A stretch of DNA of 64,000 bases. Source: Candidatus Marinacidobacterales bacterium (GTDB taxonomy: Bacteria; Acidobacteriota; Vicinamibacteria; Marinacidobacterales; DATDRI01). Below are positions 10,984 through 25,224 of the stretch, piece by piece; position 1 is the first letter of the stretch, and each line of letters begins with the position of its first letter. Both the position numbers and the translations under genes were made by a program. The notes under the pieces are model-generated. The model was not told where the DNA came from. It was given only the letters and a program-made list of their open reading frames with translations, and made no database searches. The DNA lies in the NCBI GenBank assembly GCA_965226495.1, contig OZ245365.1, positions 5,664,001-5,728,000 on the forward strand, given 5' to 3'.

Positions 10984-12012
10984 GTGATTTATGGTCTCCG
11001 AGTCGTCGCAGTCGGCGGGGGCACTGGGCTTGCCGCCCTGCTGACCGGACTCAAGAAGTTCGTCGACCCACCTGATTCCGGCTCTCTCTCGAAAGACTCT
11101 GTTTACTTCGCCGACCTCGCCGCGTTGGTAACGGTCACCGACGATGGCGGCAGCTCGGGCAGGCTACGCGACGAACTCCAGATACTCCCGCCTGGAGACG
11201 TTCGGAATTGCTTACTGGCACTTTCGAGCGACGAGTCGCTACTGTCTTCCCTATTTCAGTATCGCTTCGAAGGCAACGGTGGTCTCGGCGGCCACAACTT
11301 TGGCAATCTTTTCCTGGCGGCGCTCACTTCCGTAACCGGTGATTTCTATAGCGCGGTCCGCGCCGCCTCCCACGTCCTCGCCATCGAAGGACGCATTTTC
11401 CCCTCGACGACTCAAAGCGTCTCTTTGGTTGCCAAGCTCGAGGATGGGAGCGAAGTTCGCGGCGAAACACGAATCAGCGCTTCGACGGAGACCATCCGCA
11501 GCGTTCGCCTGGATCCGCCGGATTGTCCGCCTCTCGAAGACTCTCTCGCCGCTATCGAGGAAGCGGACCTCATCCTCATCGGACCGGGATCTCTCTACAC
11601 CAGCCTGATTCCCAATCTCCTGGTCCCGGGGGTCGTCGAGGCGATCTCTCGATCGCAAGCTTTGGTGGTGTACTTGTCGAACATCATGACCCAACCGGGC
11701 GAGACGACGGGCTACAGCGTACGCAACCACGTGGACGCGTTATTGACAAACTGCCCAAGGCTCGAACTGTCTTTCGTTCTCGCCAACGGCACGCCGGTAC
11801 CCGAGCCGACGCGCGAACGCTATCGCTCCGAGGGCGCGGAACCTGTCACCTGCTCCCCTGCCGACGAGACCGCGCTGTCCTGCCCGGTACTGGTCGAAGA
11901 CCTCCTCGGCGCCGGAGAACCGGTGCGGCACGATGGCAGGAAAACCGCGGAAGCACTCCGAACACTCTTTCCGCAGGCTCGCTTCGAAACGACCCGGCGT
12001 CTGACGCGTTAG
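10984..12012 (+). CDS. yvcK: YvcK/GlmR (UPF0052/CofD-like) UDP-GlcNAc-binding protein
   Basis: [64 protein letters not shown]. Confidence 0.95.
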   Translation: MIYGLRVVAVGGGTGLAALLTGLKKFVDPPDSGSLSKDSVYFADLAALVTVTDDGGSSGRLRDELQILPPGDVRNCLLALSSDESLLSSLFQYRFEGNGGLGGHNFGNLFLAALTSVTGDFYSAVRAASHVLAIEGRIFPSTTQSVSLVAKLEDGSEVRGETRISASTETIRSVRLDPPDCPPLEDSLAAIEEADLILIGPGSLYTSLIPNLLVPGVVEAISRSQALVVYLSNIMTQPGETTGYSVRNHVDALLTNCPRLELSFVLANGTPVPEPTRERYRSEGAEPVTCSPADETALSCPVLVEDLLGAGEPVRHDGRKTAEALRTLFPQARFETTRRLTR

Positions 12013-12088
12013 GTCGTGTGGTGACGCTAGAGGGCGTCCAACACGTCTGGCGAGCTCAGCATACTGGCAACTTCGTGCACTGACCGCC
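11996..12088 (+). repeat. Two tandem degenerate copies (B1, B2) of the 44-45 bp element between yvcK and glmU
   Basis: CGTCTGGCGAGC...TGGCAACTTCG...ACTGAC matches 29883-29927; B1 begins GGCGTCTGAC. Confidence 0.6.
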
Positions 12089-12130
12089 GGAAGGCGTGGT
12101 CGATTAGAAAGTGCTAGGCTAGATCAATCA

Positions 12131-13324
12131 ATGCCGTCACAACTTACGCTGGTTCTTTGGTCCGGGTCCGGCGAGAACTACGCAAGGGACCTCCTCGGCA
12201 GGCCGGTCTGGAAACGGACCCTGGAGGCTGCTCAACCGCTCCGACCGAAGCGCTCCCTGTTGGTTCTGGACAAAGGCGGCGGTGCCGCTCTAAACGAACT
12301 CAACGGTATCGAGCCGGTAGCCAAGAGACGCTTCTCCGAGGCGCTTGCCGGACTGAGAGGAAAGCTACTTTTCCTCCCTGCGGAGATGCCATGTGTGACC
12401 GTCCGCAGCTTGCGGCGTCTGGTAGCCGCAGCGCGTTCGGGACCCTCTCGGCTAGCAACAAAGAGCGGCACTCCGATCGTCTGCTGTACTGCGGGACGCC
12501 TTCGAGCCGCAAGCGGCGCATTCCGAAACGGTCTCGATTCCCTCGCCGATCACATACACGCTTCCGAGGTTCGACCCGCGACAACGGAAGAGCTCCTACT
12601 GGTCCAAACGAACGCTGATTGGGCGAAGGCGATACAGTTTATTCGTCGCCGAACCGTAGATCGCCTCATGGCGAGCGGCGTCCTCGTCGAGGATCCATCG
12701 ACCGTGCACATCGATCCCGACGTGAAAGTCGGTCGCCGCACCAGAATTCGTGGGTGGGTTGTGATCGAAGGCGCAAGCCGCATTGGAACTGACTGCGATG
12801 TGGGAAGCTTCACTCACGTTGTAGACTCGGTCGTGGGTTCACGCACCGTACTCCTCGATCATTGCTTCATCCGCCAAAGCCGCATCGGTCGCGGGGCCCA
12901 AGTCGGCCCATTCGCGCACCTGCGTCCGGACTCGACCCTCGGTAACAAAACGAAGGTCGGGAACTTCGTGGAGATGAAAAAATCGACCCTTGGCGAAGGA
13001 AGCAAGGCCCCGCACCTGACCTACCTGGGCGATGCGGAAGTCGGCCGGCGCGTCAACATAGGCGCCGGCACTATCACTTGCAACTACGATGGACGCACCA
13101 AACACCTCACCGTCATCGAGGACGGCGCGTTCATCGGAAGCGACGTGCAACTGGTAGCTCCGGTTCGGATCGGCCGTGGGGCTTATGTGGCCGCCGGCTC
13201 TTCGATCGTGTATGACGTGCCCGCGGGTTCTCTGGCGATCGCGCGGGGCCGGCAGGTTGTGAAGCACGACTACGTGCGTCGTGCTCGAGCCAAGAAATCT
13301 GGGCCTAGTAAGAGTCGACCGTAG
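12131..13324 (+). CDS. glmU: GlmU with an intact LbH acetyltransferase domain and a degenerate, shortened N-terminal uridyltransferase domain
   Basis: C-terminal [41 protein letters not shown] are intact; the N-terminus lacks LAAGxGTRM, QLGTGHA and GDVP. Confidence 0.88.
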   Translation: MPSQLTLVLWSGSGENYARDLLGRPVWKRTLEAAQPLRPKRSLLVLDKGGGAALNELNGIEPVAKRRFSEALAGLRGKLLFLPAEMPCVTVRSLRRLVAAARSGPSRLATKSGTPIVCCTAGRLRAASGAFRNGLDSLADHIHASEVRPATTEELLLVQTNADWAKAIQFIRRRTVDRLMASGVLVEDPSTVHIDPDVKVGRRTRIRGWVVIEGASRIGTDCDVGSFTHVVDSVVGSRTVLLDHCFIRQSRIGRGAQVGPFAHLRPDSTLGNKTKVGNFVEMKKSTLGEGSKAPHLTYLGDAEVGRRVNIGAGTITCNYDGRTKHLTVIEDGAFIGSDVQLVAPVRIGRGAYVAAGSSIVYDVPAGSLAIARGRQVVKHDYVRRARAKKSGPSKSRP

Positions 13325-13332
13325 ATCACCTA

Positions 13333-15174
13333 ATGTGCGGAATCATCGGTTACGTGGGACCCAAGCCGACGGTCGAAGTGTTGATCGATGGGCTCAAGCG
13401 CCTCGAATATCGAGGCTACGACTCGGCGGGCTTGGCGGTTGTCCGGGACGGAAAACTCAGCGTGCTCCGCTCCCAAGGGAAGCTCAACAATCTGGAGCGA
13501 CAGCTATCGAAAACCGAGCTCCAGGGGAGCTACGGACTCGGCCATACCCGATGGGCCACTCACGGCCGTCCCAACGAAGAGAACGCGCACCCTCACCGGG
13601 ATTGCACCGAGACTTTGGTCGTCGTTCACAACGGCATCATTGAAAACTATCTCGACCTCAAGGCAAAGCTGTCCAAAGAAGGCCATCGGTTCGTCACCGA
13701 GACCGATACCGAGGTCATAGCTCACCTGATCGAGAAGCGTCTCGACAAGAGCCTGGAGCAGGCAGTCTTGGACGCTCTCGAAGAGCTCGAAGGCGTTTTC
13801 GCATTCGCCGCCCTCTCCGCGAAAGACCCGGACAAACTGGTCGCCGCTCGTAACGGTCCACCCCTGGTCATCGGGCTGGGAGAAAACGAGGCCTTCATCG
13901 CCTCGGACGTTCCGGCCTTTCTCTCCCACAGCCGCGACGCCGTCTTTCTCGACGATGGTGAGGTGGCAGTCGTTCGTTCCAACGGGGTTATCCTCATGGA
14001 TCGTGACGGCGTCGAAAAAGACTGTTCTCCGACGCGCATTACGTGGGACCCCATACAGGTGGAGAAACAAGGTTTCAAGCACTTCATGCTCAAGGAAATC
14101 TATGAGCAGCCGCGCACGGTCCGCGACACGCTACTTGGGCGTTATTCTCTCGATAGCGGGCGCGTGCACCTCGAGGAAGTCGGATTACAACAGGATCACA
14201 TCAGGCGGCTCGAGAAGATCACGATCCTTGCTTGCGGTACGAGCTGGCATGCCGCGCTCGTCGGAAAGTTCCTCATCGAGGCCAACGCGCACTTACCGGT
14301 GCAGGTAGACGTCGCTTCGGAGTTCCGCTACCGACACCTCATTCTCGGGAAGGATGATCTGGTCGTCGGCATCACCCAATCGGGAGAGACCGCGGACACG
14401 CTGGCGGCACTTCGCGCCGCCGGTGACAGTGGGGCCACCACCCTGGCCATTTGTAACGTGACCGGGAGCATGGCGACTCGTGTCTCGAACGCGACGCTAT
14501 ACACTCACGCGGGACCCGAGATCGGTGTTGCCTCCACTAAGACGTTCGCCGCGCAGTTGGTGGCGCTGCACCTGCTGGCCCTTTACCTTGCGCAGGCTCG
14601 AGGAAGCCTCTCCTCCGAAGAAGTCGGAGAGCGACTCAACGAGCTCGCGCGAGCCGCCCACTTCATGGAGCAAGTGCTCACGCTCGCCCCCAAGATCGAA
14701 TCGATCGCCAGAGATTTCTACATGGCATCCAATTTTCTCTATTTGGGACGCGGCCTCCTCTACCCCATCGCCCTCGAGGGGGCGCTCAAGCTCAAAGAGC
14801 TTTCCTATATTCACGCAGAGGGATATCCGGCGGGCGAAATGAAACACGGCCCGATCGCGCTCATCGATGAGCGGATGCCGATCGTCGCCCTTGCTCCTTC
14901 CGACTCGCTTTTCGAGAAGATGGCCAACAACATCCAGGAAGCCAAGGCACGCGGTGCGCGCCTCATCGTGTTCGGAACCGAGGGCGAGTCGCGTCTCAAG
15001 CAGATTCTCGATGACGAGCACGATCGGCTCATCGAGCTTCCGCCGCATCCCGAAGCCATCTCGCCACTGCTAATGGTCCTGCCGCTTCAACTGCTCGCCT
15101 ATCACATCGCCGTCGCGCGCGGTTGCGACGTCGACCAGCCGCGTAATCTGGCCAAGTCGGTGACTGTTGAGTAG
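13333..15174 (+). CDS. glmS: Glutamine-fructose-6-phosphate aminotransferase
   Basis: MCGIIG, LEYRGYDSAG, GHTRWATHG, QSGETADT, EMKHGP, DQPRNLAKSVTVE. Confidence 0.98.
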   Translation: MCGIIGYVGPKPTVEVLIDGLKRLEYRGYDSAGLAVVRDGKLSVLRSQGKLNNLERQLSKTELQGSYGLGHTRWATHGRPNEENAHPHRDCTETLVVVHNGIIENYLDLKAKLSKEGHRFVTETDTEVIAHLIEKRLDKSLEQAVLDALEELEGVFAFAALSAKDPDKLVAARNGPPLVIGLGENEAFIASDVPAFLSHSRDAVFLDDGEVAVVRSNGVILMDRDGVEKDCSPTRITWDPIQVEKQGFKHFMLKEIYEQPRTVRDTLLGRYSLDSGRVHLEEVGLQQDHIRRLEKITILACGTSWHAALVGKFLIEANAHLPVQVDVASEFRYRHLILGKDDLVVGITQSGETADTLAALRAAGDSGATTLAICNVTGSMATRVSNATLYTHAGPEIGVASTKTFAAQLVALHLLALYLAQARGSLSSEEVGERLNELARAAHFMEQVLTLAPKIESIARDFYMASNFLYLGRGLLYPIALEGALKLKELSYIHAEGYPAGEMKHGPIALIDERMPIVALAPSDSLFEKMANNIQEAKARGARLIVFGTEGESRLKQILDDEHDRLIELPPHPEAISPLLMVLPLQLLAYHIAVARGCDVDQPRNLAKSVTVE

Positions 15175-17350
15175 TCCGGACTCCAAGCCCCCCGACATAC
15201 TCTCCGAGCTCAATGCCGGCCAGAGGGCTGCGGTCACGGCACCCGACGGACCGGTGCTGGTGCTCGCGGGCGCGGGTTCGGGAAAGACTCGAGCCATCGC
15301 GCATCGAGTCGCCTTTCTCATCGGTGAAAGGAACGTCCCACCCTGGACGATTCTGGCTCTCACCTTCACCAACAAGGCGGCTGGCGAGATGCGCTCGCGC
15401 ATCGAGGCATTGGTCGGGGAAGCGGCTCCTGACCTCTGGATCTCGACGTTCCACTCTCTCGGCCTGCGATTACTCCGGCGCTTCGGGGCCGACATCGGCT
15501 TGCCTTCGGAGTTCATGGTTCACGATGAACAAGATCGCCGAACTCTTCTCCGGCGAGTTCTTCAGCAGATCGGCGTCACCGAGCGCGAGTATCCACTTGC
15601 GCGGGTCGCGTCCGCCGTGTCCGCGAAGAAAAATGCCGCCTTCGGAAGCGAGGTGTCTCCCAGCTGGTGGAGAGAACGCGACCGACTCGTCCTCGACCGC
15701 GCTCTCGAGCGCTACCAAAAACTTCTAGAAGACGCTGGCGGCGTCGACTTCGACGATCTTCTCATTCGCTCCGTCGAACTGTTGGAATGCTCCGAGAAAA
15801 CACGCGCCTTCGCCGAGCGGAGGTTCCGGCACCTCCTGATTGACGAGTACCAGGATACCAACCGGATTCAGTACCGCTTGATGCGTCTCCTCGCCCCGCA
15901 CCAGGACGTCTTCGTAGTGGGTGACGAGGATCAATCCATCTACAACTTTCGCGGGGCGGATCTTAGAAACATTCTTGACTTCGAAAAAGACTTTCCGGGT
16001 GCACAGCTCGTCAAGCTCGAAGACAACTACCGTTCCACCAGCGCCATTCTCGAGGCGGCGAGCAGTCTCATCGCCCACAACGAAGAGCGTAAGGGCAAGA
16101 AGCTTGTCGCTCAACGCGGCGAAGGAGAGATTCCCCGGGTCCATGAGGCGGAGACAGATTGGGCCGAGTGTCACTTCGTAGCGGATCAGATTGAGTCGCT
16201 TCGCCAACAGTCGACCTCCACCCGCGTCGCGGTTCTCTTCCGCACCCATGCGCAGACCCGCCTCTTCGAAGAAGAGTTCGTGCGCCGCGGCATCCCTCAC
16301 CTTCTGGTGGGCGGGCAGCGATTCTACGAACGTCGAGAGGTAAAAGACGCCCTCTGCTACTTACGGCTGGTCTCGAACCCGCACGACAATGCCAGTTTTT
16401 TGCGTACGATTAACATACCGCCTCGCGGTTTCGGGGCTGCGACTCTGGCGCTCACCGAGCGAACCGCATCCGAGCGAAGTCTTTCTCTGTGGGATGCGGC
16501 GGCCCAGCTGGATGACGAGAATGCTATCCCGGCAAGGGCGAGCCAAGGCCTCGCTTCCTTCCGGGACATCCGTGAATCTCTCGTGAAGCACGCGGACACG
16601 GGGATGATCGGTTCTTTGGTCGAGGAAACGATCAGACGAAGCGGCCTCACTGCGACGCTCCAAAAAGAGAAAACCGTCGAGGCTGAAGGGCGCGTCGAAA
16701 ATCTCCTTCAACTGGTGACTGCCGCCGTCGATTACCAGGAGCGGGAGAAGGAACCGTCGCTTGCCGATTTTCTCGACCGCGTCAGCTTGCTCACTGATCT
16801 GGATACCGTGAAGGAAGAGGCACCCTGCCTTCTCATGACTCTTCACGGCGCGAAGGGACTCGAGTTCGATGCCGTTTTCCTGACCGGCCTCGAAGAGGGG
16901 CTCTTTCCCCATTTTCGTTCCGCCGGGGACCGACGGGCGCTCGAAGAAGAGCGCCGTCTCTGCTACGTAGGAATGACGCGGGCTCGCACCTTGCTGTTTC
17001 TAACCTACGCTCTCAGTCGAAGAACCGCCCTCGAGAAGGAAGGCCGGACGCCGTCCCGCTTCCTGAACGAGATCCCGACCAAGACCTTGGCGGGCGATGC
17101 TTCGCCTGACACGACGGTGACGACGGGCGCAAGTCCAGGCCGTCTTTCTCCGGGTGCCGTGGTGCGTCACGCCCGCTTCGGCGAGGGAACTATCGTGGAG
17201 GCCGAACCGCCCGGCACCGATCAAAAGATCACGGTGCTCTTCCGGCGCGTCGGGCGCAAGAAGCTCGTCGCCCGGTTCGCGAAACTCGAAGTCCTGGAAA
17301 ACGCGAGACCAACCAGGGGCAGAGGACGGCGACCCTATCCGCTTGCATGA
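15167..17350 (+). CDS. pcrA: UvrD/PcrA DNA helicase
   Basis: LAGAGSGKT, TFTNKAA, DEYQDTN, VGDEDQSIY, NYRS, TLHGAKGLEF, EERRLCYVGMTRA, C-terminal Tudor-like VRHARFGEG. Confidence 0.95.
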   Translation: MSSPDSKPPDILSELNAGQRAAVTAPDGPVLVLAGAGSGKTRAIAHRVAFLIGERNVPPWTILALTFTNKAAGEMRSRIEALVGEAAPDLWISTFHSLGLRLLRRFGADIGLPSEFMVHDEQDRRTLLRRVLQQIGVTEREYPLARVASAVSAKKNAAFGSEVSPSWWRERDRLVLDRALERYQKLLEDAGGVDFDDLLIRSVELLECSEKTRAFAERRFRHLLIDEYQDTNRIQYRLMRLLAPHQDVFVVGDEDQSIYNFRGADLRNILDFEKDFPGAQLVKLEDNYRSTSAILEAASSLIAHNEERKGKKLVAQRGEGEIPRVHEAETDWAECHFVADQIESLRQQSTSTRVAVLFRTHAQTRLFEEEFVRRGIPHLLVGGQRFYERREVKDALCYLRLVSNPHDNASFLRTINIPPRGFGAATLALTERTASERSLSLWDAAAQLDDENAIPARASQGLASFRDIRESLVKHADTGMIGSLVEETIRRSGLTATLQKEKTVEAEGRVENLLQLVTAAVDYQEREKEPSLADFLDRVSLLTDLDTVKEEAPCLLMTLHGAKGLEFDAVFLTGLEEGLFPHFRSAGDRRALEEERRLCYVGMTRARTLLFLTYALSRRTALEKEGRTPSRFLNEIPTKTLAGDASPDTTVTTGASPGRLSPGAVVRHARFGEGTIVEAEPPGTDQKITVLFRRVGRKKLVARFAKLEVLENARPTRGRGRRPYPLA

Positions 17351-17361
17351 ACCTATCGGAT

Positions 17362-18057
17362 CTACTGATCTTGCGCCCGAATACTGACGAGGATCCAACG
17401 CGAGGGTGGGGTAACATTGCTCTGCAAGTTCATCAGCTTGTACTTGCGCAAGGTGAAGAGGTAGGCGGTTCTCGGCCCAGAAACCGTCTCGACATCGACC
17501 AGCACTTCCCGCGTGAGGACCTCGCCGTCAAAAAGCTCGATGTCATCCGATGACATCACCGACTTCCGGGCCGGCTTCTTCTCCTCCACGATCGCTGTCT
17601 TGATTTCGCGGAGGTCGAGCTCCAGCCCGGCTCGCTCCTTTCGGTAAAACTGGTACTCCGCATGGAGATCGGCGAGCTTGCCCTTGAACGGATAGCCGGG
17701 GTTCTGCTCGAGCCTTTCCTCGATGAGCAAAAGATCGGAGTAGTTGGCGAGTCGGAAGTCTGAGAATATAGAGAACTGCGCATCGCGCTCGAGCTTGGCG
17801 GTCTCCGCCCGACTACGCAGCTCGCCGAGCTTGAACGGCGCGCTGGTGGTCGGTCCGACCTCGACGACCTCCCATGATTGGACGGCGCCTCCGGGTAAGG
17901 AAACCAAAGAGACCGCGGCCACGGTGTTGGTGTCCTCGTCTATCGTCGCTTGGAAGAACTTCCTTAAAACCTCCTGCTCCGCCCCTCCACAGGCGGAGAC
18001 CAGAAGGACGAGTCCGAAGCACACTGGCCACTTGCTACTGTCGTTCAATCGACGCAT
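17362..18057 (-). CDS. Putative lipoprotein
   Basis: Lipobox LVSAC after a hydrophobic stretch; coiled-coil middle section. Confidence 0.65.
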   Translation of the reverse strand: MRRLNDSSKWPVCFGLVLLVSACGGAEQEVLRKFFQATIDEDTNTVAAVSLVSLPGGAVQSWEVVEVGPTTSAPFKLGELRSRAETAKLERDAQFSIFSDFRLANYSDLLLIEERLEQNPGYPFKGKLADLHAEYQFYRKERAGLELDLREIKTAIVEEKKPARKSVMSSDDIELFDGEVLTREVLVDVETVSGPRTAYLFTLRKYKLMNLQSNVTPPSRWILVSIRAQDQ

Positions 18058-18096
18058 GTTGGCTGGCCTCCTTCCGCTCCCGGCTCCCCGACTCTG

Positions 18097-18957
18097 TTAA
18101 GGTTGGGGCGTACGGCCTCGACCCCAGCGGAATTGTTTTTCCAGTTCCCCGTTGGCCTCTACCGAGCGCTGTGCTTCCTCTTGCTGTTCAAGGCGAGACG
18201 CCATGCCCGCGATCTCTGGATCGCCTGGAAACTCTTCTTCGGCAACACCAAGGATCGTCTCGGCATCTTCGTAACGCTGGAGATCTCCGAACGCTTCTGC
18301 CTGCATGAGGTACCCCTTGCGACGCGTATCAGGCTCCTCGGCACGGGCGAGGAGCTTTTCCAACGTTTCGATACTCTTTTCGGCCCGCCCGTTCAAGCGA
18401 TCGATATGCGCGACTCGTAGATGTGCGGTCGCCGAACCCTCCCCATAGGGAAATTCTCGAATCACCCGACCGTAAACCTGAGCAGCCAGCTCGAGCTCAT
18501 CGGTGCTGTATCGGCTGTTTGCAATTTTCAAAAGAAGGTTCTTCTTTTCCGCCGTATTGGTCTCGGCCACCAAGAGTAGCTCGTACTCTTGTATCGCCTT
18601 CTCCGGCTGCCCGAGATCTTGCTCGTACATGCGCGCCAGAACGCGCCGAGCATCGCGCGTGACCTCCGCATCCGGGTAGAAGCTCAGCAGCTTCCGAAGG
18701 GTCGACCGCGCGGTTTCGAGATCCCTTCGCTGAAGGTAGTGAATAAGCGCCAGGTCGTACAACGCCTGGGCCGCCTCGGGGCTACCGGGAGCCTGAATCG
18801 TTACCTCGGTGTAGTGCTCTATCGCCTCGCGATAGAGCCCTTGCCCCAGCGCCTCTCGCGCCGCCGCAAGCTCGTCCGAACCCGGTGAGGAACACGCGAA
18901 GGCGCACCCACACACGAGGACGGCCAGGAGAAACAACTGGATGGAACGAGCAGGCAC
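18097..18957 (-). CDS. TPR lipoprotein (BamD/CpoB-like repeats)
   Basis: Signal peptide ending AFAC, several TPR units; start placed at GTG 18957 to avoid overlapping gyrA. Confidence 0.7.
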   Translation of the reverse strand: MPARSIQLFLLAVLVCGCAFACSSPGSDELAAAREALGQGLYREAIEHYTEVTIQAPGSPEAAQALYDLALIHYLQRRDLETARSTLRKLLSFYPDAEVTRDARRVLARMYEQDLGQPEKAIQEYELLLVAETNTAEKKNLLLKIANSRYSTDELELAAQVYGRVIREFPYGEGSATAHLRVAHIDRLNGRAEKSIETLEKLLARAEEPDTRRKGYLMQAEAFGDLQRYEDAETILGVAEEEFPGDPEIAGMASRLEQQEEAQRSVEANGELEKQFRWGRGRTPQP

Positions 18958-19033
18958 GACCTTGAGCTTTGTCGGCCAGCATACACGGCAGCCGACTTCA
19001 GAGCCGCAGCCTTCTATGGCATCGTTGGTATTC

Positions 19034-21511
19034 TTAGCCGGCTTCGTCGTCTTTGGGACCTTCTCCGTTCGTCTCGTCCTGCTTTTCGGCAAGCTTCGCA
19101 ATTGCCACCACGTGATCGCCTTCGTCGACCTGGATGAGTCGAACGCCTTGCGTCGCCCGTCCCAGGACCCCGATTCCGTTGACCCGCAGACGCAGGATCA
19201 TCCCGTTGCCGGTTACGACCATGATCTCGTCTTCATCGCCCACAAATCGGACGCCGACCACTGAGCCGTTCCTCTCGGTGGTTTTGATGTTGATGATCCC
19301 TTTTCCGCCTCGGCTCTGAAGTCGGTAATGCTCAAGGGCGGTCCGTTTCCCGTAACCCATTTCGGTGACCGTGAGCAGAGTTCCCTCTTTCTCAACCACC
19401 GACATGCCGACGACTCGATCCGCCTTCCGTAGCCCGATACCTTTAACCCCCGCTGCCGTCCGCCCCATCGGTCGGACATCGGATGCCGCGAATCGAATGG
19501 CGAGCCCGTTCTTCGTGGCGAGCACGGCTTCGTCCTCCCCCCCGGTTACCGCCGCGGCGATCAGAGAATCTCCCTCGGGGATACCGATAGCGATGATCCC
19601 TCTGGACATCGGATTCGAAAAGGCGGACAGGGGAGTTTTCTTCACCCTTCCGCTTTGCGTCGCCATCAACACGTGCCGGTCTTCGGGGAATTCCTTCACC
19701 GGGCAGACCGCAGCGAGTTTCTCCTTGGAGCTCATCGAGACGAGGTTAACGATCGCCTTTCCTTTACCTGCCGAGCCGACTTCTGGGATCTCGTGCACCT
19801 TACGCCAGTACACCTTGCCGAGATCGGTGAAAATGAGTACGTAATCGTGGGTGGAGGCAATGAAGAGCCGATTCACGAAGTCCTCGTCACGGGTCCGCAT
19901 GCCGATCCGTCCTTTGCCCCCGCGTTTCTGCTTGCGATAGACGGTGACAGGACTTCGTTTGATATAGCCCAGATGGGACACGGTGATGACCATGTCCTCT
20001 TCCACAATCATGTCCTCCACGCGAATCTCGCGGGTCTTGGCGATGATCTCAGTGCGACGGGGATCGTCGAACTTTTCCTTGCCCTCGAGAAGCTCGTCTC
20101 GGACGATCTCTTTGATCCTCGCTTCGTTGGCCAGAATGGCCTTCAACTCCGCAACCAGCTCCTGGATCTGCTTGTGCTCGTCTACGATTTTCTGGCGCTC
20201 CATCCCAGTCAAGCGATGGAGCTGTAGATCGAGAATCGCCTGGGCCTGGAGCTCCGAGAACTCGTAACGGGAGATCAACTGCTCCCGCGCCTCGGCGGGT
20301 GTGCTCGCGGCACGGATGAGGTCTATGATTTCATCCAGATGATCGAGCGCCTTGACGAAACCCTCCAAGAGGTGCGCTCGCGCTTCTGCTTTAGCAAGCT
20401 CGAAGGCGGTTCGGCGGCGAACGACGTCTCGACGGAAATCTAGAAACTCCTTAACGATCTCGAGAAGCTGAAAAACCTTAGGCCGTTTCTCGGAGATGGC
20501 GAGGAGGATGACTCCGAAGCTCGTTTGCAGCGCCGTGTGCTTGTAGAGATTGTTCAAAACCACCTGAGGCACTTCGCCTCGTTTGAGTTCCAGCACCATA
20601 CGCATGCCGTGGCGGTCCGATTCGTCACGCAAGTCCGAGATCCCTTCCACCCTCCGGTCCCGAACCAACTCGGCAATTTTCTCCAGAAGCCGTGCTTTGT
20701 TGACCTGGTAGGGGAGCTCGGTGACGATGATCGCTTGGCGATCCTTACCGATGTCTTCAATCTCGGCGCGGGCTCGCAGCTGAATCGTACCCCGCCCGGT
20801 TCGATAGGCCCGCTCGATTCCTTCCCTGCCATGCACAAAACCCGCGGTCGGGAAATCGGGCCCCGGTATTCGCTCCAGTAGGCCGTCGGTCAGCTCGTGC
20901 TCCGACAATTCTGGGTTCTCGAGCACGAAGACAGCCCCGTCCACCACCTCACCTAAGTTGTGCGGGGGAATATTCGTCGCCATCCCCACCGCGATGCCAC
21001 TCGTCCCGTTTACCAACAGATTGGGCACCGTAGTCGGAAGCACCGTCGGCTCCTCGACATTGCCGTCGAAGTTGGGGGTGAAATCCACGGTATCTTTGTC
21101 CAGATCCCGCATCATCCCCTCGGCCAGCGGTGTGAGCCTCGCCTCGGTGTAGCGGTAGGCGGCGGGGGGATCGCCATCGACGGAACCGAAGTTCCCCTGT
21201 CCGTCGATGAGCGGATACCGGAGGTTGAAGCCTTGCGCCATGCGTACCAGAGTGTCGTAGACGGCGGAATCGCCGTGCGGATGGTATTTCTTCAGGACCT
21301 CTCCGACGATGCCCGCGCACTTCGAGTACGGTCGACTAGCAAGGAGCCCCTCGCGGAACATCGCGTACAGCACCCGCCGGTGGACCGGCTTCAAACCGTC
21401 TCGAACATCTGGAAGAGCGCGGCCGATGATCACCGACATCGCGTAGTCCATGTAGGACTTTTTCATCTCGTCTTCGATGTTGACCGGCAGCCGCTCAGCC
21501 GCTAGGACCAT
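19034..21511 (-). CDS. gyrA: DNA gyrase subunit A
   Basis: [31 protein letters not shown], GyrA box QKRGGKG. Confidence 0.98.
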   Translation of the reverse strand: MVLAAERLPVNIEDEMKKSYMDYAMSVIIGRALPDVRDGLKPVHRRVLYAMFREGLLASRPYSKCAGIVGEVLKKYHPHGDSAVYDTLVRMAQGFNLRYPLIDGQGNFGSVDGDPPAAYRYTEARLTPLAEGMMRDLDKDTVDFTPNFDGNVEEPTVLPTTVPNLLVNGTSGIAVGMATNIPPHNLGEVVDGAVFVLENPELSEHELTDGLLERIPGPDFPTAGFVHGREGIERAYRTGRGTIQLRARAEIEDIGKDRQAIIVTELPYQVNKARLLEKIAELVRDRRVEGISDLRDESDRHGMRMVLELKRGEVPQVVLNNLYKHTALQTSFGVILLAISEKRPKVFQLLEIVKEFLDFRRDVVRRRTAFELAKAEARAHLLEGFVKALDHLDEIIDLIRAASTPAEAREQLISRYEFSELQAQAILDLQLHRLTGMERQKIVDEHKQIQELVAELKAILANEARIKEIVRDELLEGKEKFDDPRRTEIIAKTREIRVEDMIVEEDMVITVSHLGYIKRSPVTVYRKQKRGGKGRIGMRTRDEDFVNRLFIASTHDYVLIFTDLGKVYWRKVHEIPEVGSAGKGKAIVNLVSMSSKEKLAAVCPVKEFPEDRHVLMATQSGRVKKTPLSAFSNPMSRGIIAIGIPEGDSLIAAAVTGGEDEAVLATKNGLAIRFAASDVRPMGRTAAGVKGIGLRKADRVVGMSVVEKEGTLLTVTEMGYGKRTALEHYRLQSRGGKGIINIKTTERNGSVVGVRFVGDEDEIMVVTGNGMILRLRVNGIGVLGRATQGVRLIQVDEGDHVVAIAKLAEKQDETNGEGPKDDEAG

Positions 21512-21608
21512 TTGGTGCTCCTTCTTCTTTCTCTATTCTGTTTCTCGGAGGGGAGGGAATGCGAGAGTCTGGTGAGAGCCAAAAATCCGGGTTCGTCACT
21601 CCAGTGCA

Positions 21609-24086
<2,478 letters not shown>

Positions 24087-24117
24087 CTAACTGTTGTGGT
24101 AGTTATTGGTGCGGTAC

Positions 24118-25224
24118 TCACGTCCGCATGGGCATGACCACGTACCGGTAATCCACTTCTTTACTCTCGTTGAAAGGCCTTAGCAAACACTGGGAGGAGT
24201 CGTCCTTAAGCTCGAGCCGGACCTTCTCCGACTCCTCAACATTCAGAAAATCAAGTATGTATTGCCCATTGAAGCCGACCTCGAGGCCGTCCCCTCCATA
24301 CTCGACTTCCATTTCTTCCTTCGCTTCGCCAAGCTCCGGATTCTGTGAGGATATCTCCATCTTGTCCGAGTCGATCGCCATCCGGACCGCACGGGATCGC
24401 TCGTTCGCCAAGAGCGAGACCCGTCGAAGTGCTCCGCCAAGGGAATCTCGACGACATAGCACAACCTTGTCGTTCCCCTTTGGGATTACCTTGTCATAGG
24501 CTGGGAATTGATCTTCTACTCGCTTCGACACGAGGAGGCGGTCCTTCACTCTAAAGAAAAGATGGTTGTCTCCCTGGGAGAATTCGACGTCCCCGTCTGA
24601 CTCACCCAAGATCTTTACCAACTCCAGCAAAGTCTTCTTTGGAACGATGACCGATAGAGATCCGTCTCCTGCCTTACCTTTGACCATTATATAGGCCAGC
24701 CGGTGACCGTCGGTAGCCACCATCCGGAAGCCGTCGGGTCCAATCTCTAGCTTAGCTCCATTCAGAAAGTACCGGCTGTCGTCCGCGGTGATGGCAAAGC
24801 TGGTCTTGTGAATCATCTCTCGCAGAACACCGCCCGGAATGACACAGGCAGGCTCCTTCGGTGGCTCGGCGAGGGAAGGAAAGTCCACCTTCGCCAACCC
24901 GACCATCTTGAAATAGGACTTACCGCTGGTTATGGATGCCCAGAAGTTCTCTAGTTCCTTGATCTCGATCTGGGGCTCGGATACGGCGCGGACGATCTCG
25001 AAGAGCTTCTTCGCCGACAAGGTTAGGGAACCGGCGTCCTTGACCTCAGCGGGAAACTGGCACCGTAGGCCCACGTCCAGATCGGTCGCCGTAAGCGTTA
25101 CTTCGGAATCACCGGCATCGATGAGGACGTTAGCCAATACCGGAATCGTGTTCTTCCGCTCCACAATACCCTGAATCAAGGAAAGCTCCTTGAGTAACTC
25201 GTCCTTCCTAGCGGTAAATTCCAT
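24118..25224 (-). CDS. dnaN: DNA polymerase III beta clamp
   Basis: TIPVLANVL, ATDLDVG, VATDGHRLA, GFNGQYILD, YVVMPMR; start ATG 25224. Confidence 0.97.
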   Translation of the reverse strand: MEFTARKDELLKELSLIQGIVERKNTIPVLANVLIDAGDSEVTLTATDLDVGLRCQFPAEVKDAGSLTLSAKKLFEIVRAVSEPQIEIKELENFWASITSGKSYFKMVGLAKVDFPSLAEPPKEPACVIPGGVLREMIHKTSFAITADDSRYFLNGAKLEIGPDGFRMVATDGHRLAYIMVKGKAGDGSLSVIVPKKTLLELVKILGESDGDVEFSQGDNHLFFRVKDRLLVSKRVEDQFPAYDKVIPKGNDKVVLCRRDSLGGALRRVSLLANERSRAVRMAIDSDKMEISSQNPELGEAKEEMEVEYGGDGLEVGFNGQYILDFLNVEESEKVRLELKDDSSQCLLRPFNESKEVDYRYVVMPMRT

